This document shows positions 19,345 to 28,529 of a stretch of 64,000 nt of DNA, in pieces. Below the pieces are notes generated by a model that did not search any database, was not told where the DNA came from, and saw only the letters and a list, made by a program, of their open reading frames with translations. This stretch comes from Acidobacteriota bacterium. Lineage in GTDB: Bacteria; Acidobacteriota; UBA6911; RPQK01; JAJDTT01. Both the position numbers and the translations under genes were made by a program. The DNA lies in contig OZ242374.1 in NCBI GenBank assembly GCA_965209055.1, positions 5,152,001 to 5,216,000 of the forward strand, read 5' to 3'. The first letter of the stretch is position 1; every line of letters begins with the position of its first letter.

Positions 19345-22300
19345 GGCTCCGCCGGGTCGTCATACGAAGCCTCGTCCACTTCTGGCCCACCCAACTGGCC
19401 ATCATCGGGGGCGTGGCCGTGAGCGTCGCCACGCTGGCCGGCGCCCTCCTGGTGGGAGATTCGGTCCGCTCCAGCCTCAGGGCGCTGGTGCTGGAGCGCT
19501 TGGGCAGGACGCACACCGCCGTCACGGCCTCCATGCCCTTCCCCGAGGATCTGGCCCGGAGACTCCAGGCCAATCCCGGCTTTTCCCAGGCTTTCGGGGG
19601 CGTCTGTCCCCTCATGGCGGCGGAAGGCGCCGTGGTTCACGCCGGCACCCGGCGACTGGCGTCCCGGGTCCAGGTCTACGGAGTGGACGAGCGGTTCTGG
19701 GCATTCCACGGACAGCCGTCCGAGCCCCTGGACCGCCGCAGCGCCCTCCTCAGTCCCGAATTGGCGCGGGAGCTGGATTGGAAGGAAGGGGACAGTCTGC
19801 TGGTGACGCTGCAGCAGCAGGCTGCGACTCCGGCCGAAACTCTTCATGGCCGGAGGGACTCCTCGGGAACCACGCTGAGGGTCCGGGGAAGCCGCGTCCT
19901 GCAGCCGGAGAACCTGGGAGAGTTCTCGATCCTGCAAAGAGGCGCCGCAGTCCGGACCCTGTTTCTGCCCCTGGCCGAGATTCAGCGGGCCCTGGAACAG
20001 GAGGGCCGGGTCAATGCACTGCTCCTGTCCGAAAGCGAGAACCCGTCCGGGAATGACGGGAACCGGCTTCCTGGAATGCTCCGGAAATCCTTTACTCCGG
20101 ACGATGCCGGACTCCGGATCCGGGCCCTGGAACATTGCTCCTGCCTCTCGTTGGAGCATGAAGGGGGCCTGCTGGACGAACCCGTGGTTGCCGCGTCCCG
20201 GCGGGCGGGCGCCGCCCTGAACCTGGAGTCCCGGCCCATCTTCAGCTACGTCGTCAACTCCATCGCCCATGGCGAGAAGAGTGTCCCCTACTCTCTGGTG
20301 ACGGGGCTCGAATCGGACCACCTGGCCCTGATCTCGGGGGGGGCGCCATCAGATTCCCAAGAGGAGGATTCTCCCGCGCCGATCTGGCTCAACGACTGGA
20401 CCTCCGGGGATCTGGGGATCGGCCCCGGCACACCGGTGACGCTGGAGTATTTCCTTTGGGATTACCGACGGGGGCTCTCGACGCAGACGGCGGAATTCCG
20501 GGTGGCCGGGGTCGTTCCCCTCTCCGGCCCGGCCGCGGACCGGGACCTGGTTCCCGAGTTCGAGGGCATCAGCCAGACCGAGTCCATCTCCCATTGGGAC
20601 CCGCCCTTTCCCGTCGACCTCTCGAGGATCCGGCATCAGGACGAAGATTATTGGGAACGCTACCGCACCACCCCCAAGGCGTTTCTCCCTCTTGAAACCG
20701 TCCAGAAGCTGTGGGGGTCCCGGTTCGGCGACGTGACCTCGCTTCGCTTCGGGAAACCGGACGAACTCACGCTGGGCGAGACTCTCGACCGCTTTCGGAA
20801 GAGCCTGCTGGCAAACCTCACCCCCGAGGACATGGGATTCGCGCTGCACCCGGTCAGGGTCACCGGCATCGAGGCGTCGCGCGGGAGCACCGACTTCGGC
20901 GAGTACTTCCTCTACTTCAGCTTCTTCCTGGTCATCTCCGCCCTGCTCCTGACCGTCCTTTTCTTCAAGCTGGGCCTGGAGCAGCGGCTGCGCCAAGTCG
21001 GCCTGTTCAAGGCCCTGGGGATTTCGGAGCCTCTGATCCGGCGCATCTTCGCGGCCGAAGGCCTGGTCCTGGCCCTCGCCGGGAGCCTGGTGGGCCTGGC
21101 GGGAGCCGCCGCCTACGGCTGGCTGATGATGTGGGGCCTGCGAACCCGCTGGATCTTCGCGGTGGGAACCACCAGGCTGACCCTGCACGTGGAACCGGCG
21201 ACCCTTCTGGTTGGGGCCGCCGCCGGGGTGGCGGCCGCCTTCGCCTGTATCCTGCTGACCCTTCGAAGACTCGGCAAGGCGCCTCCCCGGCTCCTGCTGG
21301 CGGGCGAGAAGGAGCCTTTGGCCCCCGGCTCCGGACGGCGGTCCCTGCTGGCGGCGCTGGCGCTGGGAGCGGCCGGACTGATCTTCCTGCTGGCGGCGAT
21401 CCAGGAGTGGATCGGCCAGACGGCCGGATTCTTCGGCTCCGGCGCCCTGCTGCTGGTCTCTCTCCTGGCGTTCCAGTGGTGGTTCCTTGCCTCGGACCGG
21501 GGGCTGCGATTCCAGGGACGGGGGATCGCGGCCCTGAGCCGGATCGGACTCCGGAACATGAGCTACCGGCCGGGCCGGTCCCTCCTCTCCATCGGCCTCA
21601 TCGCGCTGGCCTCCTTCATCATCGTGACGGTGGGAGTCTTTCGCCGCGAGGGTGGCCCCTCCCTGGCGCCAGGGTCGGGAACCGGCGGATTCTCCCTGGC
21701 GGCCGAGTCGTCGCTTCCCTTCTTCCAGGACCCCGACGACCCGGAGAGCGCACCCGAACTGAACCTGGACCGGCTGCCCTCCCGGGAAAAGCTCCGCTTC
21801 TGGTCGTTCCGGCTCCGTCCCGGGGACGACGCCAGTTGCCGCAATCTCTATCGCCCGGCCAACCCGAGAATCCTGGGCGCACCATCCGCGTTCCTGGACC
21901 TGGGACGCTTCAGCTTCAGTTCCTCGCTGGCTTCCGAAGACCAGGACAATCCGTGGCGCCTGCTGGAGGCGGACCCGGAAGACTCGGCGATTCCCGCCAT
22001 CGCCGACGCCACGTCGATGGCGTATTCGCTGCACACGGGCCTCGGAGAAGAGATCGTTCTGAACCGGGCGGAAGGGGAGCCGGTCCGGCTGAAGCTGGTG
22101 GGAGCCCTGTCCGACAGCGTCCTGCAAGGCGAGATCGTGATCTCCGAGCGGAACTTCCTGAAGCTGTTTCCGAAACAGCAGGGTTACCGCTACTTCCTCA
22201 TCGAGACTCCCGACCGGAAGGACGGGGACTGGGTTGAACGCCTGGAGCGGAGCCTCTCCGACTACGGGTTCGACGCCACCTCCACCGCCGACCGCCTGGC

Positions 22301-22703
22301 CAGCTTCCACCGGGTCGAGAATACGTACCTGTCCACCTTCCAGAGCCTGGGGGCGCTGGGCCTGCTGCTGGGAACGTTGGGAACCGCGGTGATCCTGCTC
22401 CGAAACGTCCTGGAGCGCCGCAGAGAGCTGGCCTTGATGCGGGCCGTCGGCTACGGACCGGGCCACCTGGGCGCCATGGTGCTGGCCGAGAACCTGCTGC
22501 TGGTGGGATTCGCCCTGGTGACGGGGGTCTCCTCGGCCCTGGTCGCCGTGGCCCCGGTTCTCCTCGCCCGCGACCTGGGCCCCGCCCTGGCCCCCACCGG
22601 AGCCCTCGCCGGCCTGGTCCTCCTGGTGGGGCTGCTGGCCTCGCTGGCCGCCGTCGCCGCCGCCATCCGCACCCCCGTCATCGCCTCCCTCCGCTCGAAA
22701 TAG
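19341..22703 (+). CDS. FtsX/MacB-like ABC transporter permease (tandem architecture)
   Basis: Two permease repeats (EQRLRQVGLFKALG, ERRRELALMRAVG), many TM helices; ATGA overlap with the upstream stop. Confidence 0.9.
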   Translation: MRLRRVVIRSLVHFWPTQLAIIGGVAVSVATLAGALLVGDSVRSSLRALVLERLGRTHTAVTASMPFPEDLARRLQANPGFSQAFGGVCPLMAAEGAVVHAGTRRLASRVQVYGVDERFWAFHGQPSEPLDRRSALLSPELARELDWKEGDSLLVTLQQQAATPAETLHGRRDSSGTTLRVRGSRVLQPENLGEFSILQRGAAVRTLFLPLAEIQRALEQEGRVNALLLSESENPSGNDGNRLPGMLRKSFTPDDAGLRIRALEHCSCLSLEHEGGLLDEPVVAASRRAGAALNLESRPIFSYVVNSIAHGEKSVPYSLVTGLESDHLALISGGAPSDSQEEDSPAPIWLNDWTSGDLGIGPGTPVTLEYFLWDYRRGLSTQTAEFRVAGVVPLSGPAADRDLVPEFEGISQTESISHWDPPFPVDLSRIRHQDEDYWERYRTTPKAFLPLETVQKLWGSRFGDVTSLRFGKPDELTLGETLDRFRKSLLANLTPEDMGFALHPVRVTGIEASRGSTDFGEYFLYFSFFLVISALLLTVLFFKLGLEQRLRQVGLFKALGISEPLIRRIFAAEGLVLALAGSLVGLAGAAAYGWLMMWGLRTRWIFAVGTTRLTLHVEPATLLVGAAAGVAAAFACILLTLRRLGKAPPRLLLAGEKEPLAPGSGRRSLLAALALGAAGLIFLLAAIQEWIGQTAGFFGSGALLLVSLLAFQWWFLASDRGLRFQGRGIAALSRIGLRNMSYRPGRSLLSIGLIALASFIIVTVGVFRREGGPSLAPGSGTGGFSLAAESSLPFFQDPDDPESAPELNLDRLPSREKLRFWSFRLRPGDDASCRNLYRPANPRILGAPSAFLDLGRFSFSSSLASEDQDNPWRLLEADPEDSAIPAIADATSMAYSLHTGLGEEIVLNRAEGEPVRLKLVGALSDSVLQGEIVISERNFLKLFPKQQGYRYFLIETPDRKDGDWVERLERSLSDYGFDATSTADRLASFHRVENTYLSTFQSLGALGLLLGTLGTAVILLRNVLERRRELALMRAVGYGPGHLGAMVLAENLLLVGFALVTGVSSALVAVAPVLLARDLGPALAPTGALAGLVLLVGLLASLAAVAAAIRTPVIASLRSK

Positions 22704-22880
22704 CGGCGACCTCCCCTTTGCCGGGACCGGCCGGTTTCCAACCGCCGAACTACGGAGTGGACATCTGGCAATGAGTGCAGGACGACTGGAAGTCTCCCCT
22801 CCACCCGTCCGCCAAATTCCGTCTGATAGAATGACCCCGCGCGGCGGCAGGCGATCCGGCCCCGCCGCGGCCGGGCTTGC

Positions 22881-24191
22881 GTGATGCAATCGGACAAGGA
22901 CACCGTCGCCAGCAACTACTTCATCGCCAACTATCCCCCCTTCTCCTTCTGGAAGCCGGAGGGCGTGACGGACGCACTGGCGGCTTTGGCGCGCCCCGCG
23001 GACCCCGAGACGCCGCTGGGCCTCTACCTCCACATCCCCTTCTGCCGCAAGCGCTGCCATTTCTGCTATTTCAAGGTCTATACGGGCAAGGGTTCCCGGG
23101 AGATCCTGGGCTATCTGGACGCACTGGTCCGGGAGCTGGACCTCTACTCCCGGCTTCCTTTTGTGAACGGCCGGGAACTGGACTTCATCTATTTCGGAGG
23201 CGGGACTCCGTCCTACCTCTCCACCCGGCAACTCTCGGCCCTGGTCGGGGAGTTGAAGCAGCATTTCTCCTGGGATCACGCCCGGGAGATCACCTTCGAA
23301 TGCGAGCCCGGCACGCTGACGCCGGGGAAGCTGGAGCTTCTGCGCGACCTCGGCGTCACCCGCCTCAGCCTGGGGGTGGAGAACTTTGACGACCATGTCC
23401 TGGAGATCAACGGCCGGGCGCACCGTTCCCGCGAGATCTGGGACGTCTACGAGCGGGCCAGCCGCCTCGACTTCCCCCAGGTCAACATCGATCTCATCGC
23501 CGGGATGGTGGACGAGACGGAGGAGAACTGGCTCCGGTGCGTGGAGAACACCCTCCAGCTTCAACCCGACAGCGTCACCGTCTACCAGATGGAGATTCCC
23601 TTCAACACCACCATCTACCAGCGTATGCGCGAGCAGGGGAAGACCCGGGCGCCCGTGGCCGACTGGCCCACCAAGCGCCGCTGGGTGGACCTGGCTTTCC
23701 AGGAACTGGAACGGAACGGCTACCACGTGGCCAGCGCCTACACCGCCGTCCGATCACCGGAACGGAGCCGGTTCCTCTACCGGGACCAGCTCTGGTCGGG
23801 GGCCGACATGATGGCCCTGGGAGTGGCTTCCTTCTCCCACGTGGGAGGGACCCATTTCCAGAACGAGCACGACATGGGCCCCTACCTGCGCCGCCTGGAC
23901 CAGGGGGAGCTCCCCTTGCACCGCGCCCTGACGCCGACCGGTGAGGAGCGCCTGATCCGGGAGCTGATCCTGCAGTTGAAGCTGGGCAGGGTCCGGACCG
24001 GATATTTTCGGAACAAATTCCAAGTGGACATTCTCGAGAGGTTCGCGGATCCCATCGGCGAACTGGCCGGGGAGGGCTACATGACGGCCTCCCCCGAAGA
24101 ATTGGAACTCAGCCGGGAGGGCCTGCTGCAGGTGGATCGGCTGCTGCCCCTATTCTTCCTCCGGGAGCACCAAGATTCACGCTACACGTAA
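22881..24191 (+). CDS. HemN-like (coproporphyrinogen III oxidase family) radical SAM protein
   Basis: LYLHIPFCRKRCHFCY, YFGGGTPS, RLSLGVENF. Confidence 0.9.
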   Translation: MMQSDKDTVASNYFIANYPPFSFWKPEGVTDALAALARPADPETPLGLYLHIPFCRKRCHFCYFKVYTGKGSREILGYLDALVRELDLYSRLPFVNGRELDFIYFGGGTPSYLSTRQLSALVGELKQHFSWDHAREITFECEPGTLTPGKLELLRDLGVTRLSLGVENFDDHVLEINGRAHRSREIWDVYERASRLDFPQVNIDLIAGMVDETEENWLRCVENTLQLQPDSVTVYQMEIPFNTTIYQRMREQGKTRAPVADWPTKRRWVDLAFQELERNGYHVASAYTAVRSPERSRFLYRDQLWSGADMMALGVASFSHVGGTHFQNEHDMGPYLRRLDQGELPLHRALTPTGEERLIRELILQLKLGRVRTGYFRNKFQVDILERFADPIGELAGEGYMTASPEELELSREGLLQVDRLLPLFFLREHQDSRYT

Positions 24192-25505
24192 ATGACGGAG
24201 ACAGTCCGAGATTACGACGTGGTGGTGGCCGGGGGAGGACCCGCCGGCGCCACCACCGCCGCCTTGCTGGCCCAGGCCGGGTGGAAGGTGCTGGTGCTGG
24301 AGAAAGAGCGGTTTCCCCGCTACTCGGTGGGGGAATCGCTGATGCCCTACTGCTACTTCACCCTGGAGCGGCTGGGACTGATCGAGCAGCTCCAGCGTTC
24401 GGCCTTTCCCCGCAAATACAGCGTCCAGTTCGTCTCCACCGCGGGACGCGTCTCCCAGCCCTTCTACTTTTTTCAGCACCTGGACCACGAAGCCTCCACC
24501 ACCTGGCAGGTCCTGCGCAGCGAGTTCGATTCTCTCCTGCTGGACAACGCCCGGGCCAAGGGGGCCACGGTCCGGGAAGAGGTCTCGGTCACCCGCCTGA
24601 TCCGGGAAGCGGGTTCGGTCACGGGCGTGGAGGCCGTCACCCGCGACGGCGAGAGGTTCCGGGTCCTGGCGCCCATGACCGTCGACGCCACGGGCCGAGC
24701 CGCCGTGTCCGCCGCCTCCAACCGCTGGAGGATACGGGACCGGGCCCTGAACCGGGCCGCGCTCTGGACCTACTATCGGGGCGCGCTCCGGGACCCGGGC
24801 CTGGACGAAGGAGCCACCACCATCGCCTACCTGCCCGAGAAGGGGTGGTTCTGGTACATCCCGCTCCCGGACGATCAGGTCAGCGTCGGCGCCGTGGCCC
24901 ACAAGAGCTACCTGTTCCGCGACTCCCGGGACCTCCAGACCGTGTTCGACCGCGAGATCCAGCGCAATCCGTGGATCCGAAAGCACGTGGCCCCGGGACG
25001 CCAGGAGGGTCCGGTGAGGTTGACGGGGGACTACTCCTATCGTTCACGCTACTGCGCCGCCCCGGGCTTGGTGCTGGTGGGAGACGCCTTCGCCTTCCTG
25101 GACCCCATCTTCTCCTCCGGCGTGTTCCTGGCGCTGAAGAGCGGAGAGATGGCCGCCGACGCCATCGACGACGCCCTCAAGGCGGGTGACGTCGGCGCGG
25201 ACCGGTTCGCCCGGTATGGGCGCGACCTGACTCGGGGCATCGAGGCCATGCGGCGCCTGGTCTATGCCTTCTACGACCAGGAGTTCAGCTTCCGGCGGCT
25301 TCTGAACCGGCATGGGGACCTGAGGGGCGACCTCACCGACTGCCTCATCGGCCACCTCTTCCGGGAGTTCGACGATCTTTTCGGCGCCATCGAGGAGCTG
25401 GTGGAGTTGCCTCCGCCCTTGAAACATGGCCATCCGCTGGCCGGGGAGGGCTTTCGCCCGCCCCTCCGCCGGGCCGCAACCGCAACCGGACCAGCGATCA
25501 GGTAG
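24192..25505 (+). CDS. FAD-dependent halogenase-like oxidoreductase
   Basis: GGGPAG, FPRYSVGES, WxWxIP motif (GWFWYIPL), GDAFAFLDPIFSSGV. Confidence 0.88.
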   Translation: MTETVRDYDVVVAGGGPAGATTAALLAQAGWKVLVLEKERFPRYSVGESLMPYCYFTLERLGLIEQLQRSAFPRKYSVQFVSTAGRVSQPFYFFQHLDHEASTTWQVLRSEFDSLLLDNARAKGATVREEVSVTRLIREAGSVTGVEAVTRDGERFRVLAPMTVDATGRAAVSAASNRWRIRDRALNRAALWTYYRGALRDPGLDEGATTIAYLPEKGWFWYIPLPDDQVSVGAVAHKSYLFRDSRDLQTVFDREIQRNPWIRKHVAPGRQEGPVRLTGDYSYRSRYCAAPGLVLVGDAFAFLDPIFSSGVFLALKSGEMAADAIDDALKAGDVGADRFARYGRDLTRGIEAMRRLVYAFYDQEFSFRRLLNRHGDLRGDLTDCLIGHLFREFDDLFGAIEELVELPPPLKHGHPLAGEGFRPPLRRAATATGPAIR

Positions 25506-25514
25506 TCGAGTCCA

Positions 25515-25967
25515 GTGGCATACGAGTTCAAGGCCAGCCGCCGGATCCAGTTCGCGGACACCGACATGGCCGGCATCGTCCACTTCGCCAACTTTTTCCG
25601 CTTCATGGAGGAGACGGAGCACGAGTTCTACCGCTCGCTGGGATTCGCGGGTCACTTCAGCGGGCCCCGGGGGACGTTGGGTTGGCCCCGGCTCAGCGCC
25701 AGTTGCGACTACCGGAAACCCCTCCGCTTCGAGGACGTGGTGGAGATCCACCTCCTGGTGCGCGCCAAGGAGGAAAAATCCCTCCTCCTGGATTTCATTT
25801 TCCGGAAACAGTCCCGCAACGGTCTCCAGGTGGTGGCGGCCGGCGCCCTCAAGGTCGTCTGCGTCCGGGTCTCCGAGGAGACGGGCCTCATGTCCTCCAT
25901 CCCCATCCCGCCTGAAATCTCCGCCCGGATCGACGCCGCTCCTTCGCGCCTGCTGGAGAGCCTTTGA
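25515..25967 (+). CDS. Acyl-CoA thioesterase (4HBT/YbgC hot-dog fold)
   Basis: FADTDMAGIVHFANFFRFME motif. Confidence 0.9.
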   Translation: MAYEFKASRRIQFADTDMAGIVHFANFFRFMEETEHEFYRSLGFAGHFSGPRGTLGWPRLSASCDYRKPLRFEDVVEIHLLVRAKEEKSLLLDFIFRKQSRNGLQVVAAGALKVVCVRVSEETGLMSSIPIPPEISARIDAAPSRLLESL

Positions 25968-27238
25968 GTCTTATGGAGCCCCCCGGACCGGAAGCCATCC
26001 GGAAACGGCAGCGTGAGAAACTGCAGCGGCTGCTGGAAACGGTCCTGGCCTCGAACCCGTTCTACCGGGAGAAGCTGGACCCCACACCGCTGACGCGGAA
26101 GCCTCCGAGCCTCCGCCAGTTTCGGCGCCAGGTTCCGTTCACCGGGAAACGGGAACTCCTGGAGGACCAGGTCCGGAATCCTCCCTTCGGCCGCAACCTG
26201 AGCTTTCCGCTGCACCGTTACACCCGTTTCAACCAGACCAGCGGCAGCCGGGGCGAACCGCTCCGTTGCCTGGACACCGCCGAGACCTGGGACAAGATGC
26301 TGGAATGCTGGAAGACCGTCTACCGGATGTCGGGAGTGAGGCCCGGGGACCGCATCTTCTTCGCCTTCTCCTTCGGCCCCTTCCTCGGTTTCTGGACCGC
26401 CTTCGACGCGGCGCAGGCCCTGGGGACACTCTGTATTCCGGGCGGCGGGCAGAGCAGCCTGGGGCGCCTGCGAGCCATTCTGGGCAACGGAGTGGACGTC
26501 CTCTGCGCCACACCGACCTACGCCCTGCACCTGGCCGAGGTCGCGGCGGAAAACGGCCTCTCGCTGGAGCAGTCCCCGGTTCGAATCCTTTTGACGGCCG
26601 GAGAACCGGGGGGGTGCATCGAGGCCACCCGGACTCGCCTGGAAGCCGCCTGGGGCGCCCGCCTTCGCGATCACCACGGCATGACCGAGGTGGGCCCCGT
26701 CAGCTACGAGTGCCCTTCCCGGCGGGGCGTCCTGCACGTCCTGGAAAACGCCTATCTGGCCGAGGTGGTGGACCCGGCCACCTCCCGTCCCGTCGCGCCG
26801 GGGGAGACGGGGGAATTGATTCTGACCACGCTGGACCGGGTCGGGTCTCCCGTCCTGCGCTACCGGACCGGAGACCTGGTGAAACCGTCCACCATGAGCC
26901 CCTGCGCCTGCGGCCGATTCGAGCTGGCGCTGGAAGGCGGCGTTCTGGGGAGGGTCGACGACATGGTGGTGATCCGGGGCGTGAACCTGTTTCCGGCCGC
27001 CGTCGAGGAGGTGATCCGGAAACGCCCGGAAATCTCCGAGTACCGGGTGGAGGTCCACGAGTCGGGCGTGCTCAAGGAAATGACGATCCAGATCGAGTCG
27101 AGCCTGGGGGAAGGGGGAGCCCGGCAACTGGAGCGGGAGCTTCACGCCGCCTTCGCGCTGAGAATTCCCGTCTCGCCGGTGCCGCCGGGGACTCTGCCCC
27201 GCTTCGAAATGAAGTCACGGCGCTGGATCATGAAGTGA
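25964..27238 (+). CDS. Phenylacetate-CoA ligase family (PaaK-like) adenylate-forming enzyme
   Basis: TSGSRG, AGEPG, HGMTEVG, RYRTGDLV, GRVDDMVVIRGVN. Confidence 0.9.
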   Translation: MSLMEPPGPEAIRKRQREKLQRLLETVLASNPFYREKLDPTPLTRKPPSLRQFRRQVPFTGKRELLEDQVRNPPFGRNLSFPLHRYTRFNQTSGSRGEPLRCLDTAETWDKMLECWKTVYRMSGVRPGDRIFFAFSFGPFLGFWTAFDAAQALGTLCIPGGGQSSLGRLRAILGNGVDVLCATPTYALHLAEVAAENGLSLEQSPVRILLTAGEPGGCIEATRTRLEAAWGARLRDHHGMTEVGPVSYECPSRRGVLHVLENAYLAEVVDPATSRPVAPGETGELILTTLDRVGSPVLRYRTGDLVKPSTMSPCACGRFELALEGGVLGRVDDMVVIRGVNLFPAAVEEVIRKRPEISEYRVEVHESGVLKEMTIQIESSLGEGGARQLERELHAAFALRIPVSPVPPGTLPRFEMKSRRWIMK

Positions 27239-27272
27239 GGGCCGAGTATCGAGCCCGGGTTGGCGCGGGGAA

Positions 27273-28385
27273 TCACCGGGAAGCGGCGCCGAAACAGTAG
27301 AGCAGTCCGTCCTGGGACCCGACGATGACCCGGCCGGCCGCCACCGCGGGGGAAGCGGAAATCCTTCCGCCCGTTCGAAACTCCCACAACGGCTTCCCGG
27401 TCTCCAGGTCCAGCGAGTAGAGCCGGCCGTCAAAGGAACCGACCCAGACCCGCCCATCGGCAACGGCCGGAGAGGAGTCCACTCGAGCCCGGGTGGCATG
27501 GGTCCACAATGCCTTTCCGGTGTCGGCATCCAGGCAATGAACCCGTTTGTCCCGTCCTCCCACCACGACCTTCCCGCCGAACCGGGCCGCGGACGAGTAG
27601 AAGGGAGCCGCCCGCTCAGGAGCCTGGTAACGCCAGAGAACGGCGCCGGATTTCAGCCCCACGGCCAGCACCTGGTTGTCGAAGGTTCCGAAGACGGCGC
27701 GGTCCCCTTGCAGGGACGGGGAGGCCCCGGTGTAGGCGCCCACATCCACCGTGACCACCGGCTCTCCGTCGGAAACCCGGATCCCGCGCAACATGCCGTC
27801 GCATCCTGAGACGTAGGCGATTCCGTCGAGAACTCCGGGGGTGCAGTGGAGCGGTCCGTCCGTCTCCCGCTTCCAGCGAAGGTCCCCTCCGCCGGCGGAA
27901 ATGCAATAGAGGTACCCGTCGTAGGAACCGACCAGGACCGAGTCTTCCAACACCACCGGGGAAGATTTCACCTCACCGTCGGTCTGAAAGGTCCAGCGCT
28001 TGGTCCCGTCGGCCTCGGACACGGCGTGGAGCATTCCCGACAAATCGGCGATATAGACGCTGCCGCCGGAAACGGCAGCCGAGGACTCTCCAATGGCGTC
28101 CTGCGCCTCGTACCGCCAGGCCAACGCGCCCGATTCCAGGTCGACGGCGTGCAGCTCGCCTCCCGCCGTACCGACGAAGGCGCGCCCACCACTGACGGCA
28201 GCCGAGGACTCGATGGGATCGCCCGCCTCATGAGTCCAGGCGAGTTCGGGGGAGGACGGCAACCGGGCGCCGGACACGCCGGTCAGGGAGGGATTCCCCC
28301 GGAACTGGGGCCAATCCCCGGCGCCGCACACGCCGACGGTCGCCACCGGAAGCGCCAACACCAACAGCCAGACCGGTTTTCGCAA
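27273..28385 (-). CDS. PQQ-like beta-propeller repeat protein (BamB-like), exported
   Basis: Signal peptide, WPQFRG, repeated SSPAV..G.V.VGS.DG.LY....G...W blades. Confidence 0.9.
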   Translation of the reverse strand: MRKPVWLLVLALPVATVGVCGAGDWPQFRGNPSLTGVSGARLPSSPELAWTHEAGDPIESSAAVSGGRAFVGTAGGELHAVDLESGALAWRYEAQDAIGESSAAVSGGSVYIADLSGMLHAVSEADGTKRWTFQTDGEVKSSPVVLEDSVLVGSYDGYLYCISAGGGDLRWKRETDGPLHCTPGVLDGIAYVSGCDGMLRGIRVSDGEPVVTVDVGAYTGASPSLQGDRAVFGTFDNQVLAVGLKSGAVLWRYQAPERAAPFYSSAARFGGKVVVGGRDKRVHCLDADTGKALWTHATRARVDSSPAVADGRVWVGSFDGRLYSLDLETGKPLWEFRTGGRISASPAVAAGRVIVGSQDGLLYCFGAASR

Positions 28386-28529
28386 GCGCAGTTTCTCCCG
28401 CCGGCCAGTTTACTACGGGAAGGCTTCGGCCGATGCCTCTTCGCCGCCTCGCAGGGCGCCCCTATGTGGATGCACAGGTCGAGGATATAATGCCGGCCCG
28501 AGCTTCTCCGCGGATTCTCATCTGCCGAC

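Noticed and set aside
20349-23726. Long antisense ORFs (also 28518..31586, 61142..63994, 5818..7950 and many shorter ones)
   Set aside because: Shadow frames of well-supported genes in high-GC DNA, with no recognisable motifs
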